A DNA stretch of 64,000 nucleotides from Ignisphaera sp. GTDB lineage: Archaea; Thermoproteota; Thermoprotei_A; Sulfolobales; Ignisphaeraceae. The translations under genes and the position numbers were made by a program. The notes under the pieces are model-generated. The model was not told the DNA's origin. It worked only from the letters and a program-made list of their open reading frames with translations, and ran no database searches. Positions 51,741 through 62,522 of this stretch are shown here, piece by piece; the stretch's first letter is position 1, and the number at the start of each line of letters is the position of its first letter. The stretch spans positions 32,001-96,000 of the forward strand of contig JAWBDT010000002.1 in assembly GCA_038821645.1 (NCBI GenBank). Direction: 5' to 3'.

Positions 51741-51996
51741 GAAAGACCCCACCAAAACTTCTCTTGAAAAGATTAAGAAGAGTTTGATATTTATACCTGG
51801 ATTCAAGTAATACTTAGATAATACCCAGATCAAGTTATGAGTAAAACACTTCATTCAGGTTTTGAAAACAAATTGACGGTGAGACCCAGGGTATACTAAT
51901 TACTATACTATTTGTCAAAGAAGTAATGGTATTTAGTAATATCGTTATAGAGTAATACTATTTGTAGTATTGGAACAATATCTAAGGGTAGATTAG

Positions 51997-52087
<91 letters not shown>

Positions 52088-52162
52088 ACACAGATTGATC
52101 TAAAGTTAGTCACCAAAAAAATTGGGATATTAATTTTTATTATGTTGAAATTATGTGGTTAG

Positions 52163-52429
52163 TTATATCTTTATGATCTTTATTTCAGTAGCTGAAGAGC
52201 ATTTTTCCATTTCTTTTTTCCATAAAATTGAAGGAGTCCACATAATCCATGCCGGCACCTTCTTTATGAATTCATAGGCTTCACTCCAATCATCTAATCC
52301 AAGTTCTTCTGCTAATTTTTCTAAGCTTGTTTCTGTTCGTACATAGGTATTTAGTATTTTAACAACTTTTTCATCTAAATCTATTTCCTTATCACCAACT
52401 TTTACTACATACTTGTGGCATATACTCAT
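52163..52429 (-). CDS. conserved small crenarchaeal protein, HTH-like
   Basis: SLEKLAEELGLDDWSEAYEFIKKVPAWIMW. Confidence 0.75.
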   Translation of the reverse strand: MSICHKYVVKVGDKEIDLDEKVVKILNTYVRTETSLEKLAEELGLDDWSEAYEFIKKVPAWIMWTPSILWKKEMEKCSSATEIKIIKI

Positions 52430-52545
52430 TTATTGTACACCACTACTTTTTGAAATACATTATGTTGTAACTTAAAATACAATTCTAACCAATATATGTA
52501 TAAGCCTTAGAGAAACATTAAAAATGTTCTTGATCATATGCAAGA

Positions 52546-54627
52546 TCATAAAGTAAGTGCGTAACATTCTTCCCTAGCTTTATAAATTATACCTTCTCGG
52601 CGCATTCTACTTAAAGTCTCTTCAACAAGTCTTTCATCAATATTTCTCTCTCTAGCTTTTACAACTATATCACGCATCTTGGCACAACCTTCTGATTTTG
52701 ATAAATCTCTTATTATCTCCTCTATAATCAACATTCTCTCTCTTTGAGATTTAGGTTGCCCAGTCATTATCACATCTATATCTACTTCTCCTCTTTCTAC
52801 ATCAATTCCAACACTTTCAAGCATACTCTTCATAAGTCTTATAGCTTCAGCAGCATCTTCTTCTGTTACCTCATGTTTTAGAGCCATTTTAGCATGTGCT
52901 TCAGCTAATCGTATTAATGCTTCAAGTTGTCTAGCTGTTATAGCTATAGGTGATTCTGGTACCTCTAAACTCTTTTTTCTCATTTCGACAAAGAAGTTTT
53001 CTATAATTCTTCTAGCTTCTTCTGTTAATTCGGGCCTCACATATTTTCTTGCATAAGCTATGTACTTCCTTAATAGTTCTATATCTATTAGTGGTTTTAT
53101 TTCTTCGTATTCGCTATGTGTAATAGTTATATGTCTTGCGAGTTTTAAATCTCTATTTGTGGTTGGTATATCCTTAATAACGAATATCAAGTCAAATCTT
53201 GAGAGTATTGTTGGAGGTAGATTGACGTTGTCTGATATCGATCTATTCGGTAGATATCTACCATACCGTGGGTTGCCTGCGGCCAATACAGAAGTACGAG
53301 AATTTAATCTGGCTACAATACCCGCCTTAGCTATAGATATTGTTTGTTGTTCCATTGCTTCATGTATTGCAACCCTATCTTCTTCTCTCATTTTATCTAT
53401 TTCATCAATACATGCTACACCACCATCAGCTAATACTAAGGCACCTGCTTCAAGATAAAACTCTCCCGTCTGTTTATCTCTAATAACTGCTGCTGTAAGT
53501 CCTGCAGCTGTAGCACCTTTACCTGTTGTATATATTGCTCTTGGAGCAATACGTGCAACATATTGAAGTAATTGAGATTTTGCTGTACCAGGATCACCTA
53601 TTATCAGGACATGTATATCGCCTCTAATTCGTGTACCATCTTTCAACTGTTTTAGATTACCACCAAACAACATTAACGCTATAGCCTCCTTAATATCCCA
53701 CATACCGTATATAGCTGGAGCTATAGATGCTATAATTTTTCTTCTGATTAATGGATCACGTGCTAAATATAGAATTCTTTCTTCATCCTCCTTTGTTATC
53801 TCTATTTCCTCTAACATTCTCTGAGATACTATTATATTGTTGGCATCTATGAACATAGTGTAGATACTTCTTGTTTTCTTGCTTTCTGGAGTCCTTATTT
53901 TTGGTATACCAACAACTGTTACTCTATCGCCAGGTCGTGCTACATCAACAAGATCATCATATACATCAACTTCAATGGATCTAGGCATTCTACCTGCAGG
54001 CATCTCTTCTGGACGTTCTTGAATAACAAGACGTTGAAAATCTCTATATTGTGACTTCTCTACAATTAATCTCCAACTACCACCGGTTTTTCTGCAATAT
54101 GGACATTGTATTGGTTTTTCAATTATTTCTCCAACAACTTGTTCCACAACTTCATTGCCACATTCGTGTCTAAATACGGCTTTCACTATCTTCTCAATCG
54201 GTGGTGTAGCTCTAACTACAATACCTTCAATAGCTATCAGTTTTCCTATATGTATGCTTCGAAGATCTCTTATCTTCACTATTAGTGATGAAGGTATATC
54301 TACAAGTCTGGGCACTATATGAGGTATTTTATCTAAATATTCTGGTATTTCTAATTCAATTATTTTTCTAAAGGTCTCACTAAATTTGTTTAGTGCTTGT
54401 TCAGGATTTCTGGAAATATAATCTGCAAGTTCTGTAGAGAAACTAAGTATATCAGTAAAGCTCAGTTCAATACTAGATTTGTTTTCCACTAAGACTCTCT
54501 TTAGAGAATTAACATATTTAGCTTTTCCATCACTATCTTTATAATACTTAATGAATTCTTCGATCATAGATAGATAATCGATAATGTGTGAAGAAATAGT
54601 TTTATCTAATTCCTCCATAACTTTCAC
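52546..54627 (-). CDS. mcm: replicative helicase MCM
   Basis: Zn finger (HEC...CPYC), GDPGTAKSQ, IDEIDKM, SRFD arginine finger, C-terminal wHTH; no intein. Confidence 0.97.
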   Translation of the reverse strand: MKVMEELDKTISSHIIDYLSMIEEFIKYYKDSDGKAKYVNSLKRVLVENKSSIELSFTDILSFSTELADYISRNPEQALNKFSETFRKIIELEIPEYLDKIPHIVPRLVDIPSSLIVKIRDLRSIHIGKLIAIEGIVVRATPPIEKIVKAVFRHECGNEVVEQVVGEIIEKPIQCPYCRKTGGSWRLIVEKSQYRDFQRLVIQERPEEMPAGRMPRSIEVDVYDDLVDVARPGDRVTVVGIPKIRTPESKKTRSIYTMFIDANNIIVSQRMLEEIEITKEDEERILYLARDPLIRRKIIASIAPAIYGMWDIKEAIALMLFGGNLKQLKDGTRIRGDIHVLIIGDPGTAKSQLLQYVARIAPRAIYTTGKGATAAGLTAAVIRDKQTGEFYLEAGALVLADGGVACIDEIDKMREEDRVAIHEAMEQQTISIAKAGIVARLNSRTSVLAAGNPRYGRYLPNRSISDNVNLPPTILSRFDLIFVIKDIPTTNRDLKLARHITITHSEYEEIKPLIDIELLRKYIAYARKYVRPELTEEARRIIENFFVEMRKKSLEVPESPIAITARQLEALIRLAEAHAKMALKHEVTEEDAAEAIRLMKSMLESVGIDVERGEVDIDVIMTGQPKSQRERMLIIEEIIRDLSKSEGCAKMRDIVVKARERNIDERLVEETLSRMRREGIIYKAREECYALTL

Positions 54628-55157
54628 CTATCGTTAAGTTCTACAAATTCTTTAATCCATTGATTATAGTTGTTTTGTATGATATTTATAAGTATCTTCT
54701 CCTCTATGGTGCAGTTTTTTTCAATAATATCTATTCCACCTAATTGTAATGCTCTAAGTATTCCTGAGAGTCTTACGCTAGCTATATCAGTAAAGTCTTC
54801 ACGCATCTTTTCTGTAGTTCTTAGCGTAACTATGTCGCCTTCTGTTTTTGCCTTAACCATAAACATTTTTATGCTTTCCTTAGCCTTCATATAGAAAAAA
54901 TCGTCTATTTTTAATAATGAACCTTTTTGTTGCATATGCGAGAATCTAATTCTTGCCAAATCTTGTTGTGATATTATACCTTCAGTTATTTCGGCTAGTC
55001 CATTGTTTTCTAAGATCTTTGCTAACGCTCTTGGAAGTGGCACTTGAGATCCTTTTTGTAATGAACTATCAATTAAAGGAATTTTTTTACAGCTCTTTAA
55101 GATTGTAGTTTTTACTGGTTGTAATTCATACATTAACTTCAACAATCTTAGTATCAT
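54624..55157 (-). CDS. GINS complex subunit (Gins23-like)
   Basis: Beta-rich N domain (LPRALAKILE..G), L.KIDDFFY, R...IL; overlaps the mcm start, matching the conserved gins23-mcm linkage. Confidence 0.78.
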   Translation of the reverse strand: MILRLLKLMYELQPVKTTILKSCKKIPLIDSSLQKGSQVPLPRALAKILENNGLAEITEGIISQQDLARIRFSHMQQKGSLLKIDDFFYMKAKESIKMFMVKAKTEGDIVTLRTTEKMREDFTDIASVRLSGILRALQLGGIDIIEKNCTIEEKILINIIQNNYNQWIKEFVELNDR

Positions 55158-55342
55158 TTTGCTGTCTCCTTCTCACAGTAAGGTTTGTAAGCTTTGACAG
55201 TTTAAATATGGTTAGCTATCTCATACACAAGTTAACTTGATGAAATATCTGAAGCTTTTAATGTTTTTATATTTAAATCTAAAAACTACTACTTTTTTGA
55301 AGCAGTCAAGAATAATATAGTGTAGTAGGTGAGGGAAAACAA

Positions 55343-56329
55343 ATGAGTCAAAAAACATTAGAAGAACTTTTATGGGTTGAGAAATATAGACCTAGATCAT
55401 TAAGAGATATAGTAAACCAAGAAGAAGTTGTCAGAAGGTTACTGAAGTTTGTTGAAGAAAGAAATATGCCGCATCTCCTTTTTGCTGGTCCTCCAGGAAC
55501 AGGAAAAACTACAGCGGCATTGGCGTTAGCTCATGATTTATATGGTGAAGAATGGCGAAAATATGTGTTAGAACTAAACGCAAGTGACGAAAGAGGGATT
55601 ACTGTAATAAGAAGTAAAGTAAAAGAATTTGCGCGAAGCAAGCTTCCTGGAGAAATTCCATTCAAAATAGTTATACTTGATGAAGCTGATAACATGACTG
55701 CTGATGCACAACAAGCCTTGAGGAGGATTATGGAAATGTATGTCGAAACAACGAGATTTATACTCATAGCAAACTATCCAACCAAGATAATAGATCCAAT
55801 ACAGTCTCGATGTGCCTCCTTCAGATTTCTGCCGTTAAAGAAGGAAGACGTAGTATATAGACTTAAATGGATATGTAGCAAAGAAAATGTTTCATGTAGA
55901 GATGATGGTCTTGAGGTTATATATGAGGTTAGTGAAGGTGATATGAGAAAGGCAATAAATATTCTACAAGGTGCAGCCGCCTTAGGCGAGGTAACAGTAT
56001 CATCGGTATACAAGGTTGTTGGACTAGCGCATCCTAAGGAGATAAGGGATATCATAAACTTAGCTTTGTCTGGTAAATTTATAGAGGCTAGAGATAAACT
56101 TAGGAATTTAATGATAGTTTACGGATTAAGTGGTAATGATGTTTTAAGACAGATTCACCGGGAGATATTTTCGGCTGATCTAAAGATACCAGAAGATGTA
56201 AGGGTAACATTGGCAGATCTTATCGGTGAAATACATTTTAGAGTAATAGAAGGTTCTGATGAAGAAATACAGTTAACAGCACTTCTAGCTAGGATGGCAC
56301 TCTTAAGTCAAAGAATAGGAATAAGGTAG
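55343..56329 (+). CDS. rfcS: replication factor C small subunit
   Basis: WVEKYRP, GPPGTGKT, ELNASDERG, LDEAD, SRC. Confidence 0.96.
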   Translation: MSQKTLEELLWVEKYRPRSLRDIVNQEEVVRRLLKFVEERNMPHLLFAGPPGTGKTTAALALAHDLYGEEWRKYVLELNASDERGITVIRSKVKEFARSKLPGEIPFKIVILDEADNMTADAQQALRRIMEMYVETTRFILIANYPTKIIDPIQSRCASFRFLPLKKEDVVYRLKWICSKENVSCRDDGLEVIYEVSEGDMRKAINILQGAAALGEVTVSSVYKVVGLAHPKEIRDIINLALSGKFIEARDKLRNLMIVYGLSGNDVLRQIHREIFSADLKIPEDVRVTLADLIGEIHFRVIEGSDEEIQLTALLARMALLSQRIGIR

Positions 56330-56344
56330 GTGTAGGTACGGAGT

Positions 56345-57736
56345 ATGAATAGAAAGTTACCTTGGACCATAAAGTATAGACCTAAAAGCATTAATGACGT
56401 AATTGATCAGGATGAAGCTAAGAAAAAAATCTTGGACTGGATAAAGAAATGGCCTAATGTAGATAAAAAAGCTCTTTTATTATATGGTCCTCCAGGTGTT
56501 GGAAAAACATCGCTTATAGAAGCTATAGCAAACGATCTAGGATACGAATTAGTTGAGTTAAATGCTAGTGATAATAGAAGAAAAACCGATATAGAAAGGA
56601 TAGCTATAAGAACATCCTTGTCAAAGTCGCTAAAAGGATACAAAAATAAGCTAGTGTTATTAGACGAAGTAGACGGTATAGCTGTAAAAGATGATGTGGG
56701 GGGTCTTGAAGCAGTAAAGGTTCTTATAGAATCTTCATCTATTCCTGTAATAATGATAGCTAATAATCCTTGGGATCCAAAATTAAGAGAACTAAGAGAA
56801 CTCTGTGAAATGGTTCAATTCAAAAAGCTATCAAAAACTGATATGAAAAAATTTCTGCAAAAGATATGTGTAAATGAAGGTCTTGAATGTGAAGAAGAGG
56901 CTCTAGATTATATAGTGGAGAGATCTGAAGGTGACATGCGTGCAGCAATAAATGATTTACAAGCGGTAGGCGAGGGCCAAAACAGAATAACTATTGATAT
57001 GGTTAAGTTACTGCTTAGACCACGTGATAAAGAACGAGATCCTTTTGAAACATTACGTATGATATTTTCTGCAAATTTTTCGTGGCAGGCCAAAATGGCA
57101 TTAAATCAATCACAACTTGATTATGAACAACTTAAATTATGGCTTGAAGAAAATATACCCTATCAGTATCAGAATGCAAATGATCTTTCAAGAGCATATG
57201 AAGCTCTAAGTAGAGCTGATGTATATATGGGAAGAATTATCAGAACAGGTGACTGGGATTTACTTTCATATGCTATAGACTTAATGACGGCTGGTGTAGC
57301 TTTTTCTGCTAAGAATAATCCTAAAGACAAATACAAATGGACTAAATACTCATTTCCACAAAGGATTACACTTCTATCTAAATTAAAGGAGGTTCGTGAG
57401 ATACTTGACGATTTAGCTAAAATTATAGCCACAAGGTTACACATATCAACATCAACAGCAAAAAATGAGGTAATACCATTTTTGAGATCAATATTCGCTT
57501 CTAACACTTTATTGGCAGCAAAAATAGCATATAGTATGGGATTTTCAGAAAAAATCATAGAGTTTCTAGCAGGACCTAATAAACAACAAGTATTGGAGTA
57601 CTATCGTCAAATCAAGAAGAGAATAGAGAACGAATCATTGAGCGAATTAAATAATAAGAAGCAGAGAACTGCTGAAGAAAAAACAAAAAAGTTAGAAAAA
57701 ACTTCAAGGGATCTTCTATCCTTTACAAAGAAATAG
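56345..57736 (+). CDS. rfcL: replication factor C large subunit
   Basis: W..KYRP, GPPGVGKT, ELNASD, LDEVDG, GDMRAAINDL, C-terminal PIP-like DLLSF. Confidence 0.95.
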   Translation: MNRKLPWTIKYRPKSINDVIDQDEAKKKILDWIKKWPNVDKKALLLYGPPGVGKTSLIEAIANDLGYELVELNASDNRRKTDIERIAIRTSLSKSLKGYKNKLVLLDEVDGIAVKDDVGGLEAVKVLIESSSIPVIMIANNPWDPKLRELRELCEMVQFKKLSKTDMKKFLQKICVNEGLECEEEALDYIVERSEGDMRAAINDLQAVGEGQNRITIDMVKLLLRPRDKERDPFETLRMIFSANFSWQAKMALNQSQLDYEQLKLWLEENIPYQYQNANDLSRAYEALSRADVYMGRIIRTGDWDLLSYAIDLMTAGVAFSAKNNPKDKYKWTKYSFPQRITLLSKLKEVREILDDLAKIIATRLHISTSTAKNEVIPFLRSIFASNTLLAAKIAYSMGFSEKIIEFLAGPNKQQVLEYYRQIKKRIENESLSELNNKKQRTAEEKTKKLEKTSRDLLSFTKK

Positions 57737-58046
57737 TGGAAAGCTCATTAAGACTTTTTATAATGTTGATCATAAGCTTTGTCATATTGTTATCTGCTAA
57801 CTTTATTAGCCTTAGTTTTCCTATTTTTATTTCTTCAATAAGTTGAAGTTTCTTCATATGATCTATACATTTAGATATGGTGATATAGTTACTGTTTAAT
57901 TTAGATATTAGTGCTGTAATGTTAAGTGTGTTGTTTTCTGATTCTATGAGCACGGATAATACACTCCATATACAGGGTTTTCCAACAATTGAAACTTTAT
58001 TTTTCAACATATTATAATGGGTTAATTCATTAATAAACATCTTCAT
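57723..58046 (-). CDS. winged-helix protein downstream of cdc6
   Basis: LNITALISKLNSNY...L..IEE..IGKLRLI wHTH pattern. Confidence 0.7.
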   Translation of the reverse strand: MKMFINELTHYNMLKNKVSIVGKPCIWSVLSVLIESENNTLNITALISKLNSNYITISKCIDHMKKLQLIEEIKIGKLRLIKLADNNMTKLMINIIKSLNELSTISL

Positions 58047-58098
58047 TTGTTTACCCCATTACTAGTGCAGAAATTTTTAAAAGGAAGGAGTACTGTGA

Positions 58099-59334
58099 TC
58101 AAGAGGCATCTACAAGTTCTTTCTTTGCATTGATGACTTCATCAACTTTCATTTCAAGTTCATTTAATGGAACAGTTATTGATATTAGCGTTGTTCGTCC
58201 TCTGAATCCCTTGCCAGAAACTTTAGCTTCAATTATTCCCATATGTTTAAGAGTGTTAACATATTCATAAACTTGGGTATGTCTGCGAGGTTTAATACCA
58301 AATAATTGACATATGTAGTTATATTCGTCTTCAACCTCACCAATTTTAACAAAGACTGTTTTTTTCTTCTTTAGGCTCCTTATGATTGCTTTTAATAATA
58401 AAAGCTCATGAAGTTGTAGAAAGTTTATATCGTCTGATATGCGTATAACTTCCGAATGAACGACTCCTAAAGCTTTTCTTACGTGTTCTATGGTAACTTT
58501 TTGAACACCTTCATGATCAGCTGCTTGTCCTGCTAATAATAGTGTTTCAAGAGCAGATCTCGCATTACCTTCACCACCTTTATCAACACCCTTGCTATCA
58601 GCTATAAATTTCAATAATTCATCGTCTACTGTTCCTTCATAGAACGCTAAATCTCTTCTGTAACTTAGTATATCAAAAAGTTCATCAGAAGTGTAGGGAT
58701 CCAACTTAACCATGTGTCTCAGTATATAACTTTCTGTTGTAGGATCTAGCATACTTAATGACGATATGTTTCGTGAAATGAATATGTAATTTATCCTCTT
58801 TTTGGTATCGGAATATTCATCATATACCCTTATTAAAAAATACACAGCATCATTACCCTCTGTTGAAATAAAGTAATCAAATTCATCTAAGGCAACGAGA
58901 AGATAGATATCATGCTTCTCCACGTAATTTAGAAGTGCCAACATCATTTCTCTTGGTGATAGACCTCTTATTGGTATTGGTGCACCTATTTGTCTAATTA
59001 TTTCAGAAACTACTTCATATAAGGTTCTATCTCTATGACAATTAATATGAACATAACGTAAGTCGAATCCTTTCTCTGACGCAAATTTTCTTATTTCTCT
59101 ACCAAAAACTTTTGCTGTAGCTGTTTTACCTACACCTACTCCTCCTACTATCATTGCCCTTATGAATACACTTCCAGGAGATAACATCATAGGTTTAAAA
59201 ATCTCAGCAAGTTGTCTTAGTTGGATTTCTCTACGGGGCAGATTTTCAGGAATGTATTCAGGGTATAGAGTTTCTATATTCTTAAAGACGCTAATTTTTT
59301 TGAAAACACTTGCTATAACATCATTACTATTCAT
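58099..59334 (-). CDS. cdc6: Orc1/Cdc6 replication initiator
   Basis: L.PEYIP..LP.RE, GGVGVGKT, HINC, ALDEFD, GNAR, C-terminal wHTH with G.RGRTT. Confidence 0.95.
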   Translation of the reverse strand: MNSNDVIASVFKKISVFKNIETLYPEYIPENLPRREIQLRQLAEIFKPMMLSPGSVFIRAMIVGGVGVGKTATAKVFGREIRKFASEKGFDLRYVHINCHRDRTLYEVVSEIIRQIGAPIPIRGLSPREMMLALLNYVEKHDIYLLVALDEFDYFISTEGNDAVYFLIRVYDEYSDTKKRINYIFISRNISSLSMLDPTTESYILRHMVKLDPYTSDELFDILSYRRDLAFYEGTVDDELLKFIADSKGVDKGGEGNARSALETLLLAGQAADHEGVQKVTIEHVRKALGVVHSEVIRISDDINFLQLHELLLLKAIIRSLKKKKTVFVKIGEVEDEYNYICQLFGIKPRRHTQVYEYVNTLKHMGIIEAKVSGKGFRGRTTLISITVPLNELEMKVDEVINAKKELVDAS

Positions 59335-59462
59335 ATACCTATACCCACTATTCTAAGCATACTAAACTTTGCTAACCTAGCTAAAAACGTTACGAACCTG
59401 ACCGAAACTTTCGACTCTCTTGTTGAATTAGTTTAAAATGCTAGTCCTTTGTGTAACAAAAG

Positions 59463-59470
59463 TTTATAAA
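59463..59470 (+). promoter_or_regulatory. probable TATA box for the sRNA-psmA transcript
   Basis: TTTATAAA about 28 nt upstream of box C at 59498. Confidence 0.55.
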
Positions 59471-59497
59471 TAGCTAAATTAAAGTATTAATCTTAAG

Positions 59498-59553
59498 GTG
59501 ATGAGTCCCTCGGCTAATATGATAACAATGATTTGATGAAGACTACCCGCTGA
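59498..59553 (+). ncRNA. box C/D guide sRNA, probable 16S rRNA target
   Basis: GTGATGA-gtccctcggctaat-ATGA...TTGATGA-agactacccg-CTGA. The D guide is complementary to the conserved 16S CGGGTAGTC. Confidence 0.85.
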
Positions 59554-59641
59554 TAATTCATTTCGTCAACAAGATTCTTAAGTTCAATACTGCTTTTTAC
59601 TGTACTAGACATTGTGGTAAGTCTCAGAAGGTGTGAAGTTG

Positions 59642-60373
59642 ATGTCATTTATGCCTGCTGCAATGGGATATGATAGAGCTTTAACAATATTTTCACCAGA
59701 TGGCAAACTATATCAAGTCGAATATGCTGCTGAAGCTGTTAGGAGAGGCTGGACTTCACTTGGTATAAAGTCAGAGCATGGAGTTGTGCTTATTGCTGAA
59801 AAAAGAAAGGTAGCGCCTCTACATGATGTCCTAAATCTTGAAAAAGTATTTATAGTTGATACTCATGTAGGTGCTACATTCTCTGGATTAGGTCATGATG
59901 GTAGGGTATTGATAGATTATGCAAGATTGATTGCAGTAAGGCACAGACTCACATTTGACGAAGCCATAGATATCGAACTACTTGCAAGAACAATATGCGA
60001 TATAAAACAACTTTACACACAGCAAGGAGGTGTAAGACCGTTTGGAGTATCAATTATATTTGGAGGTATTGATAGAGGTAATATAGAGTTAATAAAGACA
60101 GAACCTAGTGGTCTGTACTTTAAATATTATGCTACAGTTGCAGGAGCAGGAGAACAAACAGCTCTTAGCTATATTGAAAAATACTATCATACAAAATTAA
60201 CTATAGACGAAGCAATTATCCTAGGTCTAAGAGCACTAAGAGCTGCTCTTCAAGAGCCATTAACGGTAGATAAAGTAGAGATAGGCTATGCAGATATAGA
60301 TACTAAAATGTTTAGAAAACTTGCTTCAGAAGAGGTAGGGATGCTGCTTGAAAAAGCAGGTGTCAATGTTTGA
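59642..60373 (+). CDS. psmA: proteasome subunit alpha
   Basis: [32 protein letters not shown]. Confidence 0.97.
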   Translation: MSFMPAAMGYDRALTIFSPDGKLYQVEYAAEAVRRGWTSLGIKSEHGVVLIAEKRKVAPLHDVLNLEKVFIVDTHVGATFSGLGHDGRVLIDYARLIAVRHRLTFDEAIDIELLARTICDIKQLYTQQGGVRPFGVSIIFGGIDRGNIELIKTEPSGLYFKYYATVAGAGEQTALSYIEKYYHTKLTIDEAIILGLRALRAALQEPLTVDKVEIGYADIDTKMFRKLASEEVGMLLEKAGVNV

Positions 60374-61068
60374 GCAAAAAGGAGTATGTTATTGCTAGAT
60401 TGAATGTGAAAGGAAAGAAATTTGAGATATTAGTTGATTCAGAGAAGGCTTATCTATTTAGAGAAGGAAGAAATATACCGATAACAGACATAGTCATTAG
60501 TGATTACATATATAAAGATGTTAAAAAAGGTCTTAAAGCATCTCCTGAAGAGCTCGAAGAAACTTTTGATACAACTGATATATATAAAATCTCAGAGAGA
60601 ATTTTGAAAGAGGGAGAACTACAACTTACTTCAGAACAAAGAAAACAAATGATCGAGATGAAGAAGAAACAAATAATATACTATATATCGAAATCTGCAA
60701 TAGACCCAAAAACTAAGGCACCAATACCGCCTTCTAGAATTGAAAAAGCTTTAGAGGAAGCTAAAGTTGCCATAGATTTATACAAATCTATTGAAGAACA
60801 GATTCCAAACATAGTTAAAGCTATATCAAAGGTATTACCCATAAGGATAGCCAAAGCCTTAATAGGTATAACTATACCATCTGAATATGCTAATAAGGTA
60901 ATGGGCCAGATTATGAAACTTGGAGAAGTAAAGAAATCTGTATGGCTACAAGATGGATCGCTATCTATTGAAATGGAAATACCGGCTGGTATGCAGAACG
61001 AAGTAATAGATCAAATAAATCGACTGACAAAAGGATCTGCAAATGTTAAGGTGATAACTATTGTCTAA
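60370..61068 (+). CDS. ribosome maturation factor SBDS/Sdo1
   Basis: [29 protein letters not shown]. Confidence 0.95.
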   Translation: MSKKEYVIARLNVKGKKFEILVDSEKAYLFREGRNIPITDIVISDYIYKDVKKGLKASPEELEETFDTTDIYKISERILKEGELQLTSEQRKQMIEMKKKQIIYYISKSAIDPKTKAPIPPSRIEKALEEAKVAIDLYKSIEEQIPNIVKAISKVLPIRIAKALIGITIPSEYANKVMGQIMKLGEVKKSVWLQDGSLSIEMEIPAGMQNEVIDQINRLTKGSANVKVITIV

Positions 61069-61813
61069 AAACTCGGTATCTCAAACTTTATCAAAGCGTT
61101 CCATAGTTGTACCTGGTGACACAATCAGTCTTGAAGGAGAGATAGAACATAGCTACTACCTATATAAAGAAGATAATAAATTAGTTACTACAGTGATTTC
61201 ATTGCTTGATATAGAGGAATCTGAAAATAAGAAGAAGATTAGATTAATTCCATTGAAAGGCAGATATCTACCAAAAGAAGGAGATATTGTCATAGGTATC
61301 GTTAGGGATGTAACACTATCTTCATGGATAATTGATATTAATGCACCATATTATGCCATTCTTAATGCAACAGATTACTTAGGTAGGTCTTTTAGTCCTG
61401 TGACAGATAACATTCGTAAGTATCTAGATGTAGGGGATGTAATTCTCGCTAAAATAGCGCAATTTGATAGATCTCGAAACCCAATACTAACAACTCAGGA
61501 TAAAGATTTAGGTAAAATTATAGAAGGTTCTTTAGTTGAAATAGAACCATCTAAAGTTGCGAGAGTCATAGGTAAGAAAAAGTCGATGTTAATGATGCTC
61601 GAAGAGCAAACTAAATGTAGCATAATTGTTGGAAATAATGGAAGAATTTTGCTTAAATGTCCTGATCCAGAATATGAGTATATAGCTATACTGGCAATAA
61701 AAAAGATTGAACAAGAGGCGCATATACCTGGATTAACTGAGAGGATAAGATCATTTATTATAGAGGAAAAAGTGAAAAGAGGTCTAATTAAGTATGAAGT
61801 TGAACAAACCTAA
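61061..61813 (+). CDS. rrp4: exosome RNA-binding subunit Rrp4
   Basis: IVVPGD, Y.PK.GD.VIG (S1), [11 protein letters not shown] (KH), VGNNGRI. Confidence 0.95.
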   Translation: MSKNSVSQTLSKRSIVVPGDTISLEGEIEHSYYLYKEDNKLVTTVISLLDIEESENKKKIRLIPLKGRYLPKEGDIVIGIVRDVTLSSWIIDINAPYYAILNATDYLGRSFSPVTDNIRKYLDVGDVILAKIAQFDRSRNPILTTQDKDLGKIIEGSLVEIEPSKVARVIGKKKSMLMMLEEQTKCSIIVGNNGRILLKCPDPEYEYIAILAIKKIEQEAHIPGLTERIRSFIIEEKVKRGLIKYEVEQT

Positions 61814-62519
61814 ATTAATAGATGGAAATGGAACTAGGATTGATGGTAGAAAACCGGATGAAATACGCCCATTGAAAATTGAGGTAGGGGTACTAAAAAA
61901 TGCTGACGGTTCTGCCTACATTGAGTTAGGAAATACGAAAATATTAGCAGCAGTTTATGGACCTCGAGAAGTAGTTCCGAGACATGAAGAACTTGTAGAT
62001 AGAGCGATAATAAGATGTAGGTATAGGATGCTTTCGTTCTCAACATCTGAAAGAAAGAGTCCTGCACCAAGTAGAAGAGAAATCGAGTTATCGAAAGTAA
62101 TTAGAGAAGCTTTAGAACCTGCAATATTATCGAGTTACTATCCACGAACAGCCATAGATATCTTCATTGAGGTCATAAATGCCGATGGAGGTACAAGAAC
62201 TGCTGGAATAACTGCTGCGTCATTAGCAATAGCTGATGCTGGAATACCTATAGTTGATTTAGTTACAGCAATAGCTGTAGGAAAGATTGATGGTGTAATA
62301 GTGTTGGACTTAAATGAGCTCGAAGATATGTATGGCGAGGCTGACATGCCTATAGCTGTTATGCCTTCATTAAATAAGATAACAATGATACAATTGAATG
62401 GAGTTCTATCAGTTACAGAATTCAGAGAAGCGTTATCACTTGCTCTAAAAGGTATTAATAAAATCTATGAACTTCAAAAAGAAGCCCTCAGGAAAAAATA
62501 TGTCGAATTAGGTGAATGA
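61794..62519 (+). CDS. rrp41: exosome catalytic subunit Rrp41
   Basis: [27 protein letters not shown]...ED..G.AD.P. Confidence 0.96.
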   Translation: MKLNKPKLIDGNGTRIDGRKPDEIRPLKIEVGVLKNADGSAYIELGNTKILAAVYGPREVVPRHEELVDRAIIRCRYRMLSFSTSERKSPAPSRREIELSKVIREALEPAILSSYYPRTAIDIFIEVINADGGTRTAGITAASLAIADAGIPIVDLVTAIAVGKIDGVIVLDLNELEDMYGEADMPIAVMPSLNKITMIQLNGVLSVTEFREALSLALKGINKIYELQKEALRKKYVELGE

Positions 62520-62522
62520 TTC

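Noticed and set aside
59335-59632. Replication origin next to cdc6
   Set aside because: No ORB-like TCCAxxxGAAAC repeats are visible; the gap is explained by promoters and a C/D sRNA.
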